From: Okamejei kenojei
Lineage: Eukaryota
Reading direction: 5' to 3'
Assembly: GCA_035221665.1 (NCBI GenBank)
Contig: CM069163.1
Coordinates: forward strand, 21,638,001 to 21,702,000
Length of the DNA stretch: 64,000 nt
Position numbers and translations under genes: made by a program. How positions within the stretch are numbered: the stretch's first letter is position 1; every line of letters begins with the position of its first letter. The notes under the pieces were generated by a model. The model was given only the letters and a program-made list of their open reading frames with translations, searched no databases and was not told the origin of the DNA. Of the stretch, positions 26,346-42,236 are shown piece by piece.

Positions 26346-27387
26346 ACATAAACTAGTTAAAGTTTGTTTGTAGGCAATGTGAGGGAGAATGGACGTCAGA
26401 AGATTTCATGACAGTAGTAGCATTTTATCACTATTCCTTGCAAAATAACCTGTTCAAGGAAGTTCCCGTCAAACTAACTTTATTGATGATTGCAATCATT
26501 TTTTAAAATGGATCCACTCTGACAGTGAAAAAATGTAACGGAGGCTTCCATCTAAAGGTGATGGAATGAAAAAGTGATCAATTGGTGAGTTGAAACATTT
26601 CATGCTCGGGTTTTTGTCAACAGATTACGTAAAGAATCAAGTGATCTGTTAATGCAGCTATTGTGATGGATGAATTCCTGACCCTACTCTTGTTCTAAGT
26701 GCATTCAATATATTGAACAATAGCTGAATGACAGCCAAACCACAGGTCGGGTGACATTTTTCAGATGCATATACGCCAATTGTCCAGATAATGAACTGCA
26801 TACTAAAAATACACATGAGTAAGTGTCTTGTTGGCGTAGTGAAAACCGGGAAAAGTGATAAAGTGAGATAAACATAGTTGGAATAAATATGCGGTACTAT
26901 ACATAACATATACTGGTTGAACACTTGCTTATCAAAATTACAATCATTGTTAAATTTCACATTATTTCGCAAAAATCTTAATGGGGAATGGAAATAGCAA
27001 AATAATTAATTGATTCAATGACTAGAATTGTCTTAAATATTGTTCTAAATCACCATTTAAGATCAATTAACATTTGATATTAAAGGCACGTAGATTCATT
27101 CTGAAGATCCTACTAAAAAGTACATGTTGAAATCCTCAAATTAAGTTCTGAGAGTACGTTGTTAAAGGATAGTTTCCTTCCTTCCTGGACATTATTTGGT
27201 TCAAGGTTTGAGATGGGGAATATTTCAATCTCTCTCCCCGCCCATTCCACTCCTCCTTTGTTCATGAAGGGGTAGGGAAAACGCTATTGATGGAACAACG
27301 TTTTTCTCTTGCCGCCACCTCCAATTTCTCTTTTCTCTCCTCTAGGGAATTTTTGTTTTATTTTGAACTCTTGCTTTGCTGTTTTTT

Positions 27388-27499
27388 TTTGTACATTTCA
27401 AAAAGAATCAATGCATGAAATTTAATTGGATGGTGAAGTAATGTTTGTACATTTCAAAAAGAATCAATGCATGAAATTTAATTGGATGGTGAAGTAATG
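27388..27499. repeat. Perfect tandem duplication, 56 bp x 2
   Basis: tttgtacatttcaaaaagaatcaatgcatgaaatttaattggatggtgaagtaatg occurs twice. Confidence 0.9.
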
Positions 27500-29742
27500 A
27501 GAGACGATATCTAATCTTCATCATGCATTGAGCCAAAAGCCAATAAATATTATCTCCAAATCCAGAAGGTCAAGGTTATTTCTCTTTTCATTTTGGTGTA
27601 CTAAATCGTGCTCACTCCAAATCATGCTGGAAATGCCCAGGATCCACAGGGTTGAGATAGACACAAAATGCTGGAGTAACTCAGCGGGTCAGGCAGCATC
27701 TCTGGAGAAAATGGATGTGACCATAGGGTTAAATTTGAATTTGAGGATTCAAATGAAAATTAGTGTTGTCATCTCATTTAAAATTCATAAAATTCTGATC
27801 TTTCTGATCAGCAGTCAAAACTGAAACAATTGCCCTTTATGATAGTAACAACCGTAGCAACAGGCACGAGTTTTGTAGCACTGGATATAGTACAAACATT
27901 TGCCAAGACTCTTAAATAGAAATATAAAGATTTGAGAGGATCATTATTTTGTTTTTTCATTTTTCAGTTTATTTCACATTAAATTTATTGTTCAGCTTTA
28001 TTAATAAATCAAAATTTGCAACAGTTTAGGGTTACTTTACAACCACAGAAAATATGTATTCTCGTAAAAAGAACAGTTTTTGAGAGCTCCAATTTATCCC
28101 AAAAGATGTTTCAAAATAGATTCCAAAAATACTTCTGAAAGGTTCAAAATATCAACTACAGCAGGATAGAAAAACTAATTTTCAGCATTGTGTAAAATCT
28201 TGCTTTTGTTCTTGTGATCGCTCCCTTCAAACTGCACAGTTTTATACATGAACACCATGTTTGGGGTTCCTAATGATTACCAGTGAAAGATACAATTTGT
28301 TATGTTACTATGTCCAAAAGTATATAAAAGCCGTGTCTTTGATAAAATGTGTGTGGAATAATTGGATGAGATCAAGACTATTGTTGGCCTGTGTTGAGCC
28401 AGCATAAAGAATGATTTTATGAATAGGTATTGGGTAGGCTGCCCATCTCCAATCTTATACCCAAATAACAATCCACAAAGCAAAGAAGGATGGGTGAAAG
28501 AGAAATTCTGCAAGTTGTTGCAGAGAACTTAATCTTTTATTTCCTCATAGTTTAACATAGTATTTAGGTATAGGTCTCTGACTTACAAGCCTTGCATGTC
28601 TCCATTAGGTGTTACTTGCTGTCTCTTTCTCTCATTTTTTCATATTAATATGAAACATTTATCTTAATATAATTTTAATGGTAGCTTCAAGAATTTGTTT
28701 ACTTCAATGCATATTTTGTGGGAAGAGATGGTGTTCTCACACAGCTGATTTAAATCATCAGAGATTATGCTCAGTTACTTGAAATGGGACTTGGATCCTC
28801 AGGCTTCTAACTTTAAACACTCTTTTCTTATCAGAGACAAAGCTTGCAGCAGATAGTGTAATCGCAATGGTTGGAGCACACAGCTGTGGCAGAAAGCTGC
28901 GTGCTCACAAACACCCGTTTGTCCAAGCCAACCTTTTCAACAGCCCCTTGCTGTTTTTTATCTGCACAGCACTTTACAAAACATTGTTTTGTCATGTAAT
29001 TAGTTAATTCAACAGAGGATTATAATCTGATGTTGGGGATAATTTACTGTAGTTGTTTCCAAGGCAATTAAGATTCCAAGGAATCTTCACAAGTTGGATC
29101 TCTCCATTTTGTTTCACTGTTGTCGAGTTTGACTCTGCCTGTGTTTTCTCATTCGCTCTGTGCTGCCCTCTGGTAAATTCTGTCCTGTGTAATGTTAAAC
29201 GGTTAAGATTTTGGGTCCAAGACATGTCATTAGAACTGGAAAGGGAAAACAAAGTTGTGTAGAACAGAAGGAATATCTCTGATAGCATGAGCCCAAACAG
29301 ATTAATGCAGAGTAGTGTGTAGGATTAGGTTTCTTTGTATTTCTAATTGCAAGGTTGTGGGGCATACTCGGGCAGCCAGGCTATACAAAGAGCAAAATAA
29401 AAACGCAGTCAAAATGATGATGGACAGTAATGGTCAGTTCCGATACAGGAATAAAAAGTGCAAATTATCTAAAGAGAGAATTAAATATTGAGTTGCAATG
29501 TTGCTGTGTGCCCCTATGAAAATTAAGGTTCTCTTCCAAAAATTGAGATCTTGAACTAATAAGATTGTCTATTGATTGCCTTGGAAGTAATTACACTGAT
29601 GCTGGAAGTGCAGAATGTTTAAGGGTAGTTAATCAATAGCAGTTTTACTGTGGATGATGTCAAACCTGTTGAGCATTGTTGAATTTATTTTAATGTGAAA
29701 TGTCTAAACATTGCTAAAAAGATCTTCTGTTGCATTCTACAG

Positions 29743-29894
29743 GCCCGCATGTACTGCCAAGTCCATTGCGATTCCAGGCCAAGATAGCTCCTTGCAGCTG
29801 GACTGTAAAGGAGATGGGACCACAGGCAATAATGTTGCCTCTGGGGGCTTGAATTCAGTAAGGCAGCCAAAACCTCGGCCTCCACTCAACTCAG
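29743..29894 (+). CDS. EEIG1: EEIG1 coding exon 6
   Basis: ctacag| PACTAKSIAIPGQDSSLQLDCKG...KPRPPLNS(G) |gtaaaa; phases fit neighbouring exons. Confidence 0.95.
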
Positions 29895-31655
29895 GTAAAA
29901 GAAACTCCAATTGTATGAAAGGCAAACTTAAATGTATGTAGAGTCCATTCGGTACAACTTTCTTGCTGTGAAGAACTGCTGAGAAGGTGGCTATAAATTG
30001 TATTTGTTACAATATGAGGGTAGCCTTAACAAAATAATGATACTAATTGAAAATATTAACAATGATCTTGTACAACAAATCTGTTTGATCAATCAGGGCA
30101 GACATCATTGTTATTACTCAGTCCTGTTTGCCTGTAGATTACAGCAAAATGTTAACATTTGCACTATCCAGATTTAATTTAGTCTGACATTTGAGATTGT
30201 TGTAACACTAAATGGTCAGAACTGGGACTTTGTATAAAGCATTGTACATTAATCTAAAGGCTTGATATTTTTCTGAGCTGGTATATTGTAATTGCCCTTG
30301 ATTTTACTGCTGGTTGTTTTTACAGACTGAGTGCTGTTCCCTTTTACTGTTGTTGACTGAGCTATCCTCATTCATTTCACACTGCTTCCGTAAACCGAGT
30401 GCTGATGTAAGACTTCACACAGACTCTAAACAATGTGCTAATATCTTTATGGAAACTTATTATTCTTAAAGGTTTCCCAATATACTGATGTTATGATCCA
30501 AAATTCACTATCTGAGTGGGTTGATGGAATCTGATTCCACAAATCATTAATAATTGGTGGACATATTTAAACTATGTGACAAAGAACTCTTAAATATTAC
30601 GAGAGAATTTAGATTTCTTGTTAAAGTAACTCAGACGGGTTGTAATTTGTTGCTAGATCTGCTGAATATATTGATCAGCAAGTTTTACATTATAGGTAGT
30701 TCACTAACCTTTGTATGAGAGTTATTTGCCCACTTAGCAGTGGTCCCATTTCCCTGTGAATAAAGTTTTATTTAATGCAGATGCTAGAAATCTGGAATAA
30801 AAGCAAAAACTGCTAGAAATACTCAGCGGGTCAGGCAGCATAGAACTGAAATTCTGAAATGTTCTGACAAAGGATCTTGGACCTTAAACTTTAACTCTCT
30901 CTCTCTCTCTTTCCACAGATGTTGCCTGATTTGAGTTTTTCTAGCATATCTGCATTTAGTACCACTTCCCTGCTCTTTCCCTGTAGCCGAGAAATGTTAT
31001 GCATTTTTCAGTTATTTAAACCATTTATTTTGAAACTTACTATGGAATTTAGTTTCACCAACCCTTTCAGGCAAATAAATTTAGTTTAAAATAACTCAAT
31101 GCATTAAAATAACTCAATACACCTCCTCTCAACTCTGAAATAAAAGCAAAAATTCTGCAAATGTTCAGGATGTGAGGAAGAACCTATGAAAGGAAAAACA
31201 GAAGTAATGTTTACAAATGAAGGTTCTCTTTCTACATGCACTGCCTAACCTGCAGTGTTTCCAACATTTTCTACTCTTTTTTTCAGATTTCCAGCATGTT
31301 TTTATCCAATACCTGAAATACAATGCCAGATTTGATAGAATGTACATCTTTCCCCAATACCTTGTTAAAAGTGCACAAACTGAGATTTGGAACACCAAGA
31401 TCATATAATGTGTATTGTAACATTTGATTTATTGTATGCAATAAATATTTAAGTAGCGGATGATTGTGATGATTATCAACTCCAGTAAAGCAGTTTATGC
31501 TTCATTCCTTTCTGCCAGTCTCTTTGGCCGCTTCTACCCAGCTCAGTATATCCTCAACAGTCAGCCAAGCAAAGAAATACTTGTTTTTTTTCTTAATTCT
31601 TCATTCTTTTGGTTCCATTATATTACCTTTTGTCTTTGCCTTGAATTTTATTTAA

Positions 31656-31799
<144 letters not shown>

Positions 31800-33178
31800 T
31801 AGTTTCCTCTATTTTCAGTCTCTGTCTTCTATTGTGCCACTCCTTGTGGGTTGTTCGGTTCCGCTTGAAGACATTTTTCAAAGGAATTGAATCTATTGAG
31901 TAGCTCAATGCAGACCTGATGACAGTGGTATGGGGTTCAATTTCTTTTGAATATTCTTTCCTTAACTGGCCTCCAAGTTCAGTGCATAGGAATATTAAAA
32001 TATATATTCATAAAGGTAAAGAAAAATGTTGTTCTGCTGAGCAGTGCAATCAATGTAGAAAGATGACTAATGGGTATAAAGTCATGATTTTGATTTGAGC
32101 AAATAACTAGGCCAGTTTTCAAAAGCTCAAACGTATGTGACTAAGAATGGAACAAACACTCAGTTTTGTCTTGGGATTTGGAGGAATTCCTCATCCTTGC
32201 CTCCTCCAAATGTATTATATTTACAGAGGTATTATTCAATATAAGAGATTTGCTTTTTATCAATACTGCATAAGGAATGAACCAAAGGAGGGAGAAAATA
32301 ATTATATGACATTCGTGCAATACAAAGGCATTGCTTGCTCCCATATTTAATACATCAGAAATTTCAATAGATTCCGATTCCAAAAGTGAATTGTATCCTT
32401 TATCCACCAACGACACCTGCAATATAGGCGTTCATGGTAGTGGGGCTGATACTGATTCATAAAATCCTATTCTGAAAGGAATGCATTTTGCTCATTGTGT
32501 GGCTAAAACAATTAATTTAATTAAGTCAATGAGTTCAAATTATAAAGGATGACCCGATGAAGACACATATGGTGAAGCAAATAGAAGGAATTTGCTGCAG
32601 AGGATTCTTCAAAGGTTGTACTGCAGTGACCATCATTATTAATCTTTAAAATAATGCTGACTTATTTTGCGGATGGGTATACTAGAGTTACTGATTGATT
32701 GCTCTTTTTTTTCTTTTAATTTATTTTTATGATATAACCTTTCCATATCCTATGTAGATCCTGACTCGTCATCTTTTATGTTATTGCATCAGTTTTGTTT
32801 TAAAGAAACAATTTCCATTCCCATGAGCAGTTGCTTGGTGTTTATTTGAGATTTGTGTTAGTTAATACCAGATTAGAGTTTTAAACTATATTTATGCTTG
32901 GATAATGAGCTCAATCTGCCCATCCCCTATCATGTTGGAGCATTAAAGTCAGCAGAAGGGTGAAACTGTTATGATCTGGGTGAGATTCAATCTTGAGGTG
33001 CAGTAGTGAAAGGGCATTATGTTATAATATTCTGCCATCTAATTCACTCTGTGTTCTTTCCTATTTGCCCAAATAACGTTTGCTATTAAATTGATGAATG
33101 ATTTTGACCTCAAACTACACTTTTTTTAAGTTGAGCAATAATTTCAGATTTCAAACTGGGCAGATGGATGAAATGGAC

Positions 33179-33564
33179 CAAAGATCCTATAGCGAGCAAG
33201 ATAGTCCACTTGACGAAAAAGACGTAGTACGGTCATGGGCAGATTCATGGGTAATTTAAGGCCCCATTTCCGTAACCGGCTTCCGTCTCTCTGCACCAAA
33301 GATCCCATAGGATAATAGTGCGGAGATGGAAGCCGGTTACGGAAACACCCTCGTAAAAATAAAAGTTATTTGGTAAAAATCTTCTCCTCATTTTCAGAAT
33401 TTAAATTTATTAAAACAAACTGATCCCCCGCAACGTTGATTACATTGCGAGTCTGGTCCGGTTATGGAAATGGATGAAAAAAAGGCCCACGTTTCGTTCC
33501 GTACTACACGTCAGCCCATTGCATTTAGCAGGAGTGGTCTATCTTGCTCCGCTATAGATCTTTG
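33179..33564. mobile_element. hAT-type MITE
   Basis: TIR caaagatcctatagcgagcaagatag / ctatcttgctccgctatagatctttg; perfect 8-bp TSD AAATGGAC (33171-33178, 33565-33572). Confidence 0.88.
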
Positions 33565-34488
33565 AAATGGACACTGTTAGCCATTTCATGGCAAATCTCA
33601 AACAAGAACAATGTCGTAGTTTACAGCACTAAAACTCACTTGGATTTAGCTCATGAGGCTTAATCTATCCTTATCACACATATCTACACACACAGGAATG
33701 CAGAGTAATCAGAGTAGTCCATCGTGCCCTTCAGTATCAAAATCTGCTGCATTTCAAATGTTATTATCACTGTTGCTGTCAGAACGAGATGCAGAAATGA
33801 AATTCCATCTTTAGTAATGACCTTGTACTGCAATGAAAACTGTTGGTTCGGCATTAACGTTTCCCTGCCAGTGAAATAGATGTAATCTAGAACAGGTCAT
33901 CTGTACATATCCGGTGGAGTCGATCGATTTGGCCAGCCAAGTCTAGGGATCTGGGCATTGCATCATGAATTTCTAACAAGACTGGCAGTTATTACTCTCT
34001 CAACTCCTCGCAGGAGAAAAACATATTTATTTTTAATCAACTCTGTCGGAATTATAAAGAGCGAGGTTGGACTGACTTGGATTGTTTTCTCTGGAATGCC
34101 AGAGGTTGAGGGAAGACCTGATAGAAGTATATCAAATTATGAGACACAAATAGGGTGGACAGTCTGAACCTTCCCAGGGTGGAATTGCAAAGATTAGAGG
34201 GCAGAACTTAAAGGAGATATACGGGGCAACTTTTTTACACAGAGGGAGGTGGATACCTGGAACACACTGCCAAGGATACTGGTGTAGGCATAGTGATATT
34301 GTGTGCAGGCAAAAAAGATTAGTGTATCTTGGCAAGGTAGAAGGATTTATAAGCATTTCAACCATCATTTCTTCCTCCTGAGATCCTCATCACAGGAGAA
34401 GGCCTTTAGCCATTTCTATTCATTTTGAATGATATCAAGAAATACCTGGGAGCATCAGGTATTTCTTGATAATATAAAACAAATATAG

Positions 34489-34866
<378 letters not shown>

Positions 34867-36022
34867 TGAGACCACGGAACATTATACGTACAGTTTGATT
34901 TGAAGAATGTTAATGTTATGATCTGTAATCCATTCTGTCCTTATTACATTTTTCAAACTCCACACTGTACAGTCTTAGATATGTGTTTGTCCCAGATCGG
35001 AAAATGTTTGTCTGAAGTCTTATGTTCATGTAAACAACAATGGGTTTTTATACCATTCAATATTTTCTTATCTGCTAATATATTCATATTTTGCAACATT
35101 CGGCTATATGGCAATTTCTTCATATTGGATTTTTTAACTAATGTGGGTTTTATTGATTCGGTCTTAAGGGCACTCTACTCCACTCTAAAGTTGTTTCATT
35201 AGGATCGCATATTCCTTCAACTAAAGCTGTGCCATTCTATTACATTTTTTCTCCCACTTGATTCATTTTATTTTAGCTAAAAGATGGTTTCAATCAACGC
35301 CATTTGGATCCTAGATTTGCTCTATTTTGTCTGATGATTTGACTGGTTGTCCCATCCACTGACCAAGAGCTTCTGCTTTCAGGTGCTATGTTACCTTATA
35401 TCTAAACCTGTCCTTGCAGAGAAGGGAGGCAAGTTGATTTTTCATTTCAGCAAGCTGGGTTCAAATCTGACCCATATTGATTGGATCAAACTTGTCTCTC
35501 TCGACTGCAAAAGTCCTCTGTGGGATGAATTTGTGGAACCTGCACGTTTTATTTTTGATCATCTGTGCCTCCACACAATCTATTACTAATTGATAGCAAA
35601 TTTGCACCCTTATCCAAGATACAGTAATTGCTATGATATGAGTATGAGCAGAGAAGAAAGTACTTGAATCTTTATTCGAACTATTCTATAAGACTTGCAA
35701 AAATTGTTCAAAAATGTAAAAATAAATAGTAAGGAGGTCATAAGCATTGTTTTTTTTCAATCATGGAATTCTAAAACAATGCTTCATAAGTGCATTTACT
35801 TACCTTTGACTAACTTTATTTTTGAGTGAGCCACAAAATATTTTGCAATCAATGGGAATAAAATAATAATATGAATTCCAATCTGATCTTGGATGGGGAA
35901 ATGGCCATAGAAACTCTAACTTCAGTTGTCTTAATTGCTTACTGAGCAATGCTTGGTTTGGTATTGATTGGCTAAACTGATCATGAAGGTGTGTTTTTGC
36001 ACTGAACCAGCTAACTTCCTGA

Positions 36023-36236
36023 AGATAGACACAAAAAGCTGGTGTAACTCAGCGGGGCTGGCAGCAACTCTGGAGAGAAGGAATGGGTGACATTTCGGGT
36101 CGAGACCCTTCTTCAGTCTCGCCGTGAAATGTCACCCATTTCTTCTTTCCAGTGATGAAACCTGTCCCACTAAGTTACTCCAGCTTTTTGTGTCTATCTT
36201 CAGTTTAAAACAGCATCTGCAGTTCCTTCCTACACA
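36023..36236. mobile_element. Palindromic (head-to-head) copy of the Penelope-type repeat
   Basis: agatagacacaaaaagctgg ... ccagctttttgtgtctatct inverted arms. Confidence 0.75.
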
Positions 36237-36521
36237 TAACCTCTCCTGAGGCAGTCATGTGGATACTACAATTGACCTTGTGGCCAACTGCTGCGTAGGG
36301 TAATCACAATTTGTGCTCCTGATCATATAGATGCCCCTGGAAAAAGCACTAGTGCACCTGTTGGGCATCCACTGGACTGACCTTCAGTGATTTGCTTAAA
36401 CAAAGTGTTATGCATGGACTGTTGAGGTCAATGCTTTCAAGGGAGATTTGGAAAAGAAATATGCCAACTTTTATGTGGCAGGCTCCTCAACTGATTATTC
36501 TGATAACTTTCAAGCATGTAG

Positions 36522-36746
<225 letters not shown>

Positions 36747-37006
36747 TAAATGTCACCACATCTCGCGCAAAAAATAAACCAAACTGGAGGAAGTCGTAGG
36801 GTTGAGGGGTGCATGTGTATGCACGCGTGTCTGCAGAATTTCAGCATTTGCAATATCTTGCTGTATCTACCTCATCTTAGTAGCTATCCGTTAGCGGCCA
36901 TAATAGCAGTCAGACATTAAATTAATAACCAATTTAGAAAATGCCTCGTTTCTAGAAGGCTGCTTTTTTGTTGCTTACTTTTAGTATGTGACTGATATGA
37001 CTAATA

Positions 37007-37009
<3 letters not shown>

Positions 37010-37061
<52 letters not shown>

Positions 37062-38395
37062 TTTATTATGAACTCAAGGTCCAGACAAGGGGCAACATTA
37101 CATTAAAAATGCATTGCATCTCAAATATCATAAATATATATAAAATCATGGTAAATCACATAAAAACATCATAATTTATATATTTTAAAAAAAACCCACA
37201 ATACTTAAGTTAAAAATCCAGAGTAAAAAAATGATCAATGTCGTACAACGAGACAACGATACCAGTGTCTCCACAACTGGGATTCGTAGCGTGTAGTGCT
37301 AACCCTTATGTTTGTCAAGGGCACAATAAGCACATTTTTAGAGTCATTTATCCTGCAAATGAATTTATACATGTGGTGTCTTAGGATAGCTTCTAAAGTA
37401 CTGACTCCTGCAGCCACAAACATATTACTGGCACTACACCATCTTGGTTGCCTTAGCAGTGTTCTCATGGCATCGTTATATGCAACCTTTAGTCTCTGCA
37501 TACTTGTCTTTAAATAGTTCGAGCACAGGTGCGCAGTGTAGAGGGGTGTGCAGTATGCTCTAAATAGCGACATCTTCACCACATCTGCACACGCACCAAA
37601 TTTACGCAAGAGGATATTCGCCTGTATATACAGCATGCGTCGTTGCCTATAAATATCCTCATCATCTGTCATTTGTTCTGTAATAATATGCCCTAGATAT
37701 TTTATCTTATTACAGACACTAAGATTGTTGTCAGACAATTTAAAATCAGGATATTTTAGGCTTTTATCCTATTTGGCTCTACAGACCATAACAGCACTCT
37801 TACTAGCATTATATTTAATGTCACGTTCTAAACCATACACGGAACATGCAGTAAGGAGCTGCTGGAGACCAGCACTAGATGGACTAAAGACCACAAGATC
37901 ATCTGCATACATAATATGGTTCACTAAAATATTACCAATCACGCACCCAGTGTTACAGGCTTTCAATTGTTTAGACAGATCATCAATATATATATTAAAA
38001 AAGACTGGGGATAAAATTCCCCCTTGTCTAACACCATTGCTAACCCCAAATGGGGCTGAGACCCTATTGCCCCATTTTATTTGCATAGTCTGGTGGGCAT
38101 ACCAGTAGGCCAGTATTCTCACAATGTATTTAGGCACCCCTCTTTGACGCATTTTACCAAACAGCTTTCTGTGATTAACACGGTCAAAGGCTTTGGAAGC
38201 ATCAATAAAGCACATAAGGATTGAAGAGTTTTTGCCTCTATATTTGTTTACAATCTCCTTTAGGGCATATGTGCATAAGTCAGTGCCATGTTTAGCTTTA
38301 AAGCCAAACTGGTTATCTGTGGAGTTAACAAACTCATGTATTCTATCCAGCAGAACTCTTTCTAAGACTTTTGACAATATGCTGGCTAAGTTCAT
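37010..38395 (-). mobile_element. 5'-truncated non-LTR retrotransposon (CR1/L2-group RT) with (TTA)n tail
   Basis: ORFs 37769-38395 and 37235-37738: QFGF, DASKAFD, GVRQGGILSP, YADD, KYLG; one frameshift; AATAAA plus trinucleotide tail at 37010-37066. Confidence 0.92.
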
Positions 38396-38989
38396 TAGAA
38401 ATGCAAAATACTATTTAAATGTCTCTGTTGATCTGTTCCATTTATGCTCAAGCATGACTAATGCAACTGCGGAGAGCCTGGCACAATAATGGTCATGTGC
38501 CTTGGCTTCTGCAGAGGGTGACCACAATGATGTGTGGTCCTTTGATGAGACGATTGTGGAAATATGCAGATTCAACAGTTGCCAAATTTTATATTCTTTT
38601 ATTCTCAATAAGGCCACGCAAGTAAATCATCTTGAAGAAATTACTGACAGCAGAATTACTCATTATATCCACGAGTTCATTACATCTTAGCTTGACAGTT
38701 AAATGTCAACCTTGTAGTCTTTTATATTTCCTTTTTAAATATGAATCCAGTCACTTTTAAATTATTGTATAGTTCCAGTCTCGACTTGTAACACACCAAA
38801 CAATCAGCAATCTCTAATGTTCTAGTGAATCACCAAAAGATCTAAAGGCAAAATGAATAGATTTTATTTAGCAAGATGTTATAATCTGAAATGTGCTACC
38901 AAAAGAATGGATTTGATTCAGTAATAACTTTCATAAGGAATTGGAAAAGTACTTGGAAGGAGAAAGCATTTTCAACATTAAAAAGGAAG

Positions 38990-39182
38990 GATGTGGAATT
39001 CTCTGCCTCAGAGGGTGGTGGAGGCAGGTTCTCTGGATGCTTTCAAGAGACAGCTAGATAGGGCTCTTAAAAATAGCAGTCAGGGGATATGGAAAGAAGG
39101 CAGGAACGGGGTACTGATTGGGGATGATCAGCCATGATCACATTGAATGGCAGTGCTGGCACCCCTGCACCTATTGTCTATA
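38990..39182 (+). mobile_element. CR1 3' end
   Basis: tgtggaattctctgcctcagagg...gatgatcagccatgatcacattgaatgg, same family as 1120-1300. Confidence 0.8.
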
Positions 39183-42166
39183 GATAAGGGGGGGCTGCAA
39201 CTAATTGTTTAATTGAATGTGCAATTAAAAAGTTCAGGTATAATGGTCAAACAGGCATCCTATATTTCAAAAGTTTTATTATTTCATTCAGAGTGTGTCA
39301 TTCAATGGTAACAATCTTACACTGCTTGCCCTTTCCAAATATGTCACAGATTTTTGACCCTTCGGTAGATGTTGAAACATTTTTCCCCATCCTAAACCAA
39401 CACATCAATTGCAAACCTAAAACACACTGTAATTATGAGTACTAAGTCGCGTAGTTTCCTTTTCATATATTTTATCCATTGTTTCACATTTATACGCATG
39501 AACACCTAACACCTGCTTCAAAAACTTGTCAATGTACTCGTACCATCTCTGGCCACCTTACCTAGAATTTCCTGGCTCAACCACTCATGTTCTCTAATCT
39601 TGAGAACGTTATTTTACTGTTTCCTTTACTCTGTCCAGAGATTTTCATTTCCCTATATGCTAACTTCTTATTCTCAACAGAACCACACTAGTAAATCATC
39701 TTGAAAAAATTACAACACGAGCAGAATTGTTCATTATTTCAAAGCGTTCATTACATCTCTCTGGTTAGAACTAATTGCACTTAATTGACATTCTTGTTTT
39801 CTTTTATATTTTCTTTTCAATTCAGCCAACATTTGAGAAGATACTCCACACATACCAATGTTACCCAATTGATTTTATTTTCATGCTGTGAAAACACGTT
39901 TTTCTTTCCAAATCTATACTGACAATTGCTGAATAGTCTCTTGAAATGTACATTGATTTCATCCCTAAATGGATTAGATATTTTGACATACTGGAGATGA
40001 TTTCCTAGTATATCCTGACTAAACAGTACTACAACATTTGCCGCTCTGTAAATCCTTGTCACAATTCCTAGAATTTTTAGAAAATGATGATTGTTGTTTC
40101 TTATCTTGCCCCTTTTTTCTTTAGCATTTGGATTGCAGGCTACTAAAAAATATCATTTCTTAGTACAGAATGCTAACTTTCAGAGTGAAGGAAACAAATG
40201 ATCATAAACATCACCACGGAGATCATAAGTATCTTCACTATTTTACTAGTTTTGAAACCATACATTTTCTGGTGATGTGGTACTCATGAACATGAATACA
40301 GTTGATGAGAAGTTCAGGCTCTTGCAACATCTACGGTTGCCATTTTGAAAAAACAGTACCAAATTCTTCAGTAAAAATTAATGAAGACCAATTTGATTCA
40401 ATCATGATGTTCTTAATTGGCAAACAATTTTCCTGACACGACTACAGCAGTGACTGATCTATAAACATTTAGGTCTTTAACCATGTTTCAATTCAGAAGA
40501 TTGTGTTTAGAAGACAAAATCTATAATTTTGCTGCTGAGTCTTTCATTTTGAACCTTGTATGCACAGTTCAAATTCCATAAATTTCATTTCAGTGAAATC
40601 TGGGTGATTTTTATCATAGTGCTCTCTGGAGCAATTTAATTTTACTCCTTTATAATATTTAATTGTTATTGACATAGGGGTGTCCTGTACAAATATGAAT
40701 AATATGACATGACAAGTGATGTTAATTTGTTTAGAAACAAAGGAGGACCAACATGTTTCCATTTCTTCAGAGATTGCATTCCATAATCTGGAAAAGCAAA
40801 CTGAATACTTGCTGAAACACTGGTCAAGTCAAATGGAACTTCAGTGCGGCAGTAATGCAAATAAGGCAACTGACATATTTGTTTGAGGGAGTAAAGACTA
40901 AAATATCAGTTTTAACCTGCAATGGAAAATATTTTCTGTGTATTTTGTATTTGATTTTTAAATATTAGCAGAGACCGATTATAGTAAAGGAAATAATATG
41001 GTTGGAACTGTATAATTGTTTATGTTTTTAAAGAAAATAAATAGATAAGAACACTTGCCTATTTTCCTAAGTTTGATAAAACAGCAATTGTTTGACCTGT
41101 TCTCGACAAGCTGACCTTTCATCTATGCTTCTTACCACAATATTTTTAAAGTAAAAAAAAAACAGCATTCTCAGGACTCTTAGTGCCAGAGATAAAACGG
41201 GTGTTAGAGCCATGGGGCAGAGAATAGAGCTGCCTGTCAGAGATATCTAATTAGTTATGTGACCCTGCTTTTTGTTTCTTTTTTCTGATCTACAGTATTT
41301 TACATTTTATATATTTGTTCAAACACTTTTTTAAAGTTACCATGATCTTCTTCAATCATGCTTTGACGAATAGTATCATCAAAGCTCACTGTTTGGAAAC
41401 TTTTTCACTCATTCCCATAAAGCCCCCAATAAAATTTGCAACCATTTTCAAATCATTCACTTCACTGTAAACACACTGTAAAGAGCAAGTGATCTAAGCT
41501 CTTTGAAATAAAGTACTTTTTGAAAAAAACATACATTTGATTAAAATATTGAATTACAAATTTTTAATGTTCAAGACCTTCCGACGTAGTCTTTTTTTAC
41601 GTTGTGTTTTTCTTTCTTTCTATTGTTCCCTGGTTCTCTCCTTTTCCAGCAAATGAGTGTGTATATAATTTTATAGAAAAATGCCTTTTGACAAACGGTT
41701 AATTTAGTAGACATAGTATTTCATTGAATTAACTTTTAATTCAAGGTTCAGTTGCCGCATTCAACAGGATCAGGTGTATGTCAAAAAGCCCTATTTGAGG
41801 GAGAACAGTATTTACCTCTTTCTCAACCAATTTAATTATACAACAATTAATGATTTCTTTCCTTGTTATTTTTGAAAAGTTCTACATAAGTGGTTGCTGT
41901 GGTTACGTGAAATTCAGCAATCACGGCAGAGCACTGGAGCAGGTGTGGGCGGGTGGTTGTTGGTCGACATGGACTGGATGGGCCGGAAGGCCTGATTCCA
42001 TGCTGTATCTCTAAACAAATCTAAGATCCTAATTCACTGTGGTTTCTGATATGCTAAACTCTAATCTGAAAATCAGAATTGTCATCAATAGCATTAGCAG
42101 TTTTCTTAAAGGTACTTTTAAGTTTCTTTTCTGCAACATGTTCATGTTTTTACACTTCATTTTCAG

Positions 42167-42236
42167 ACAGTAATCTAAGGTTGTTTGTGAGTAGAGATGG
42201 AACCACAGCACTCAGTGGCATTCAGCTGGGAAACAG
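42167..42236 (+). CDS. EEIG1: EEIG1 coding exon 10
   Basis: tttcag| (D)SNLRLFVSRDGTTALSGIQLGN(R) |gtgagt. Confidence 0.95.
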
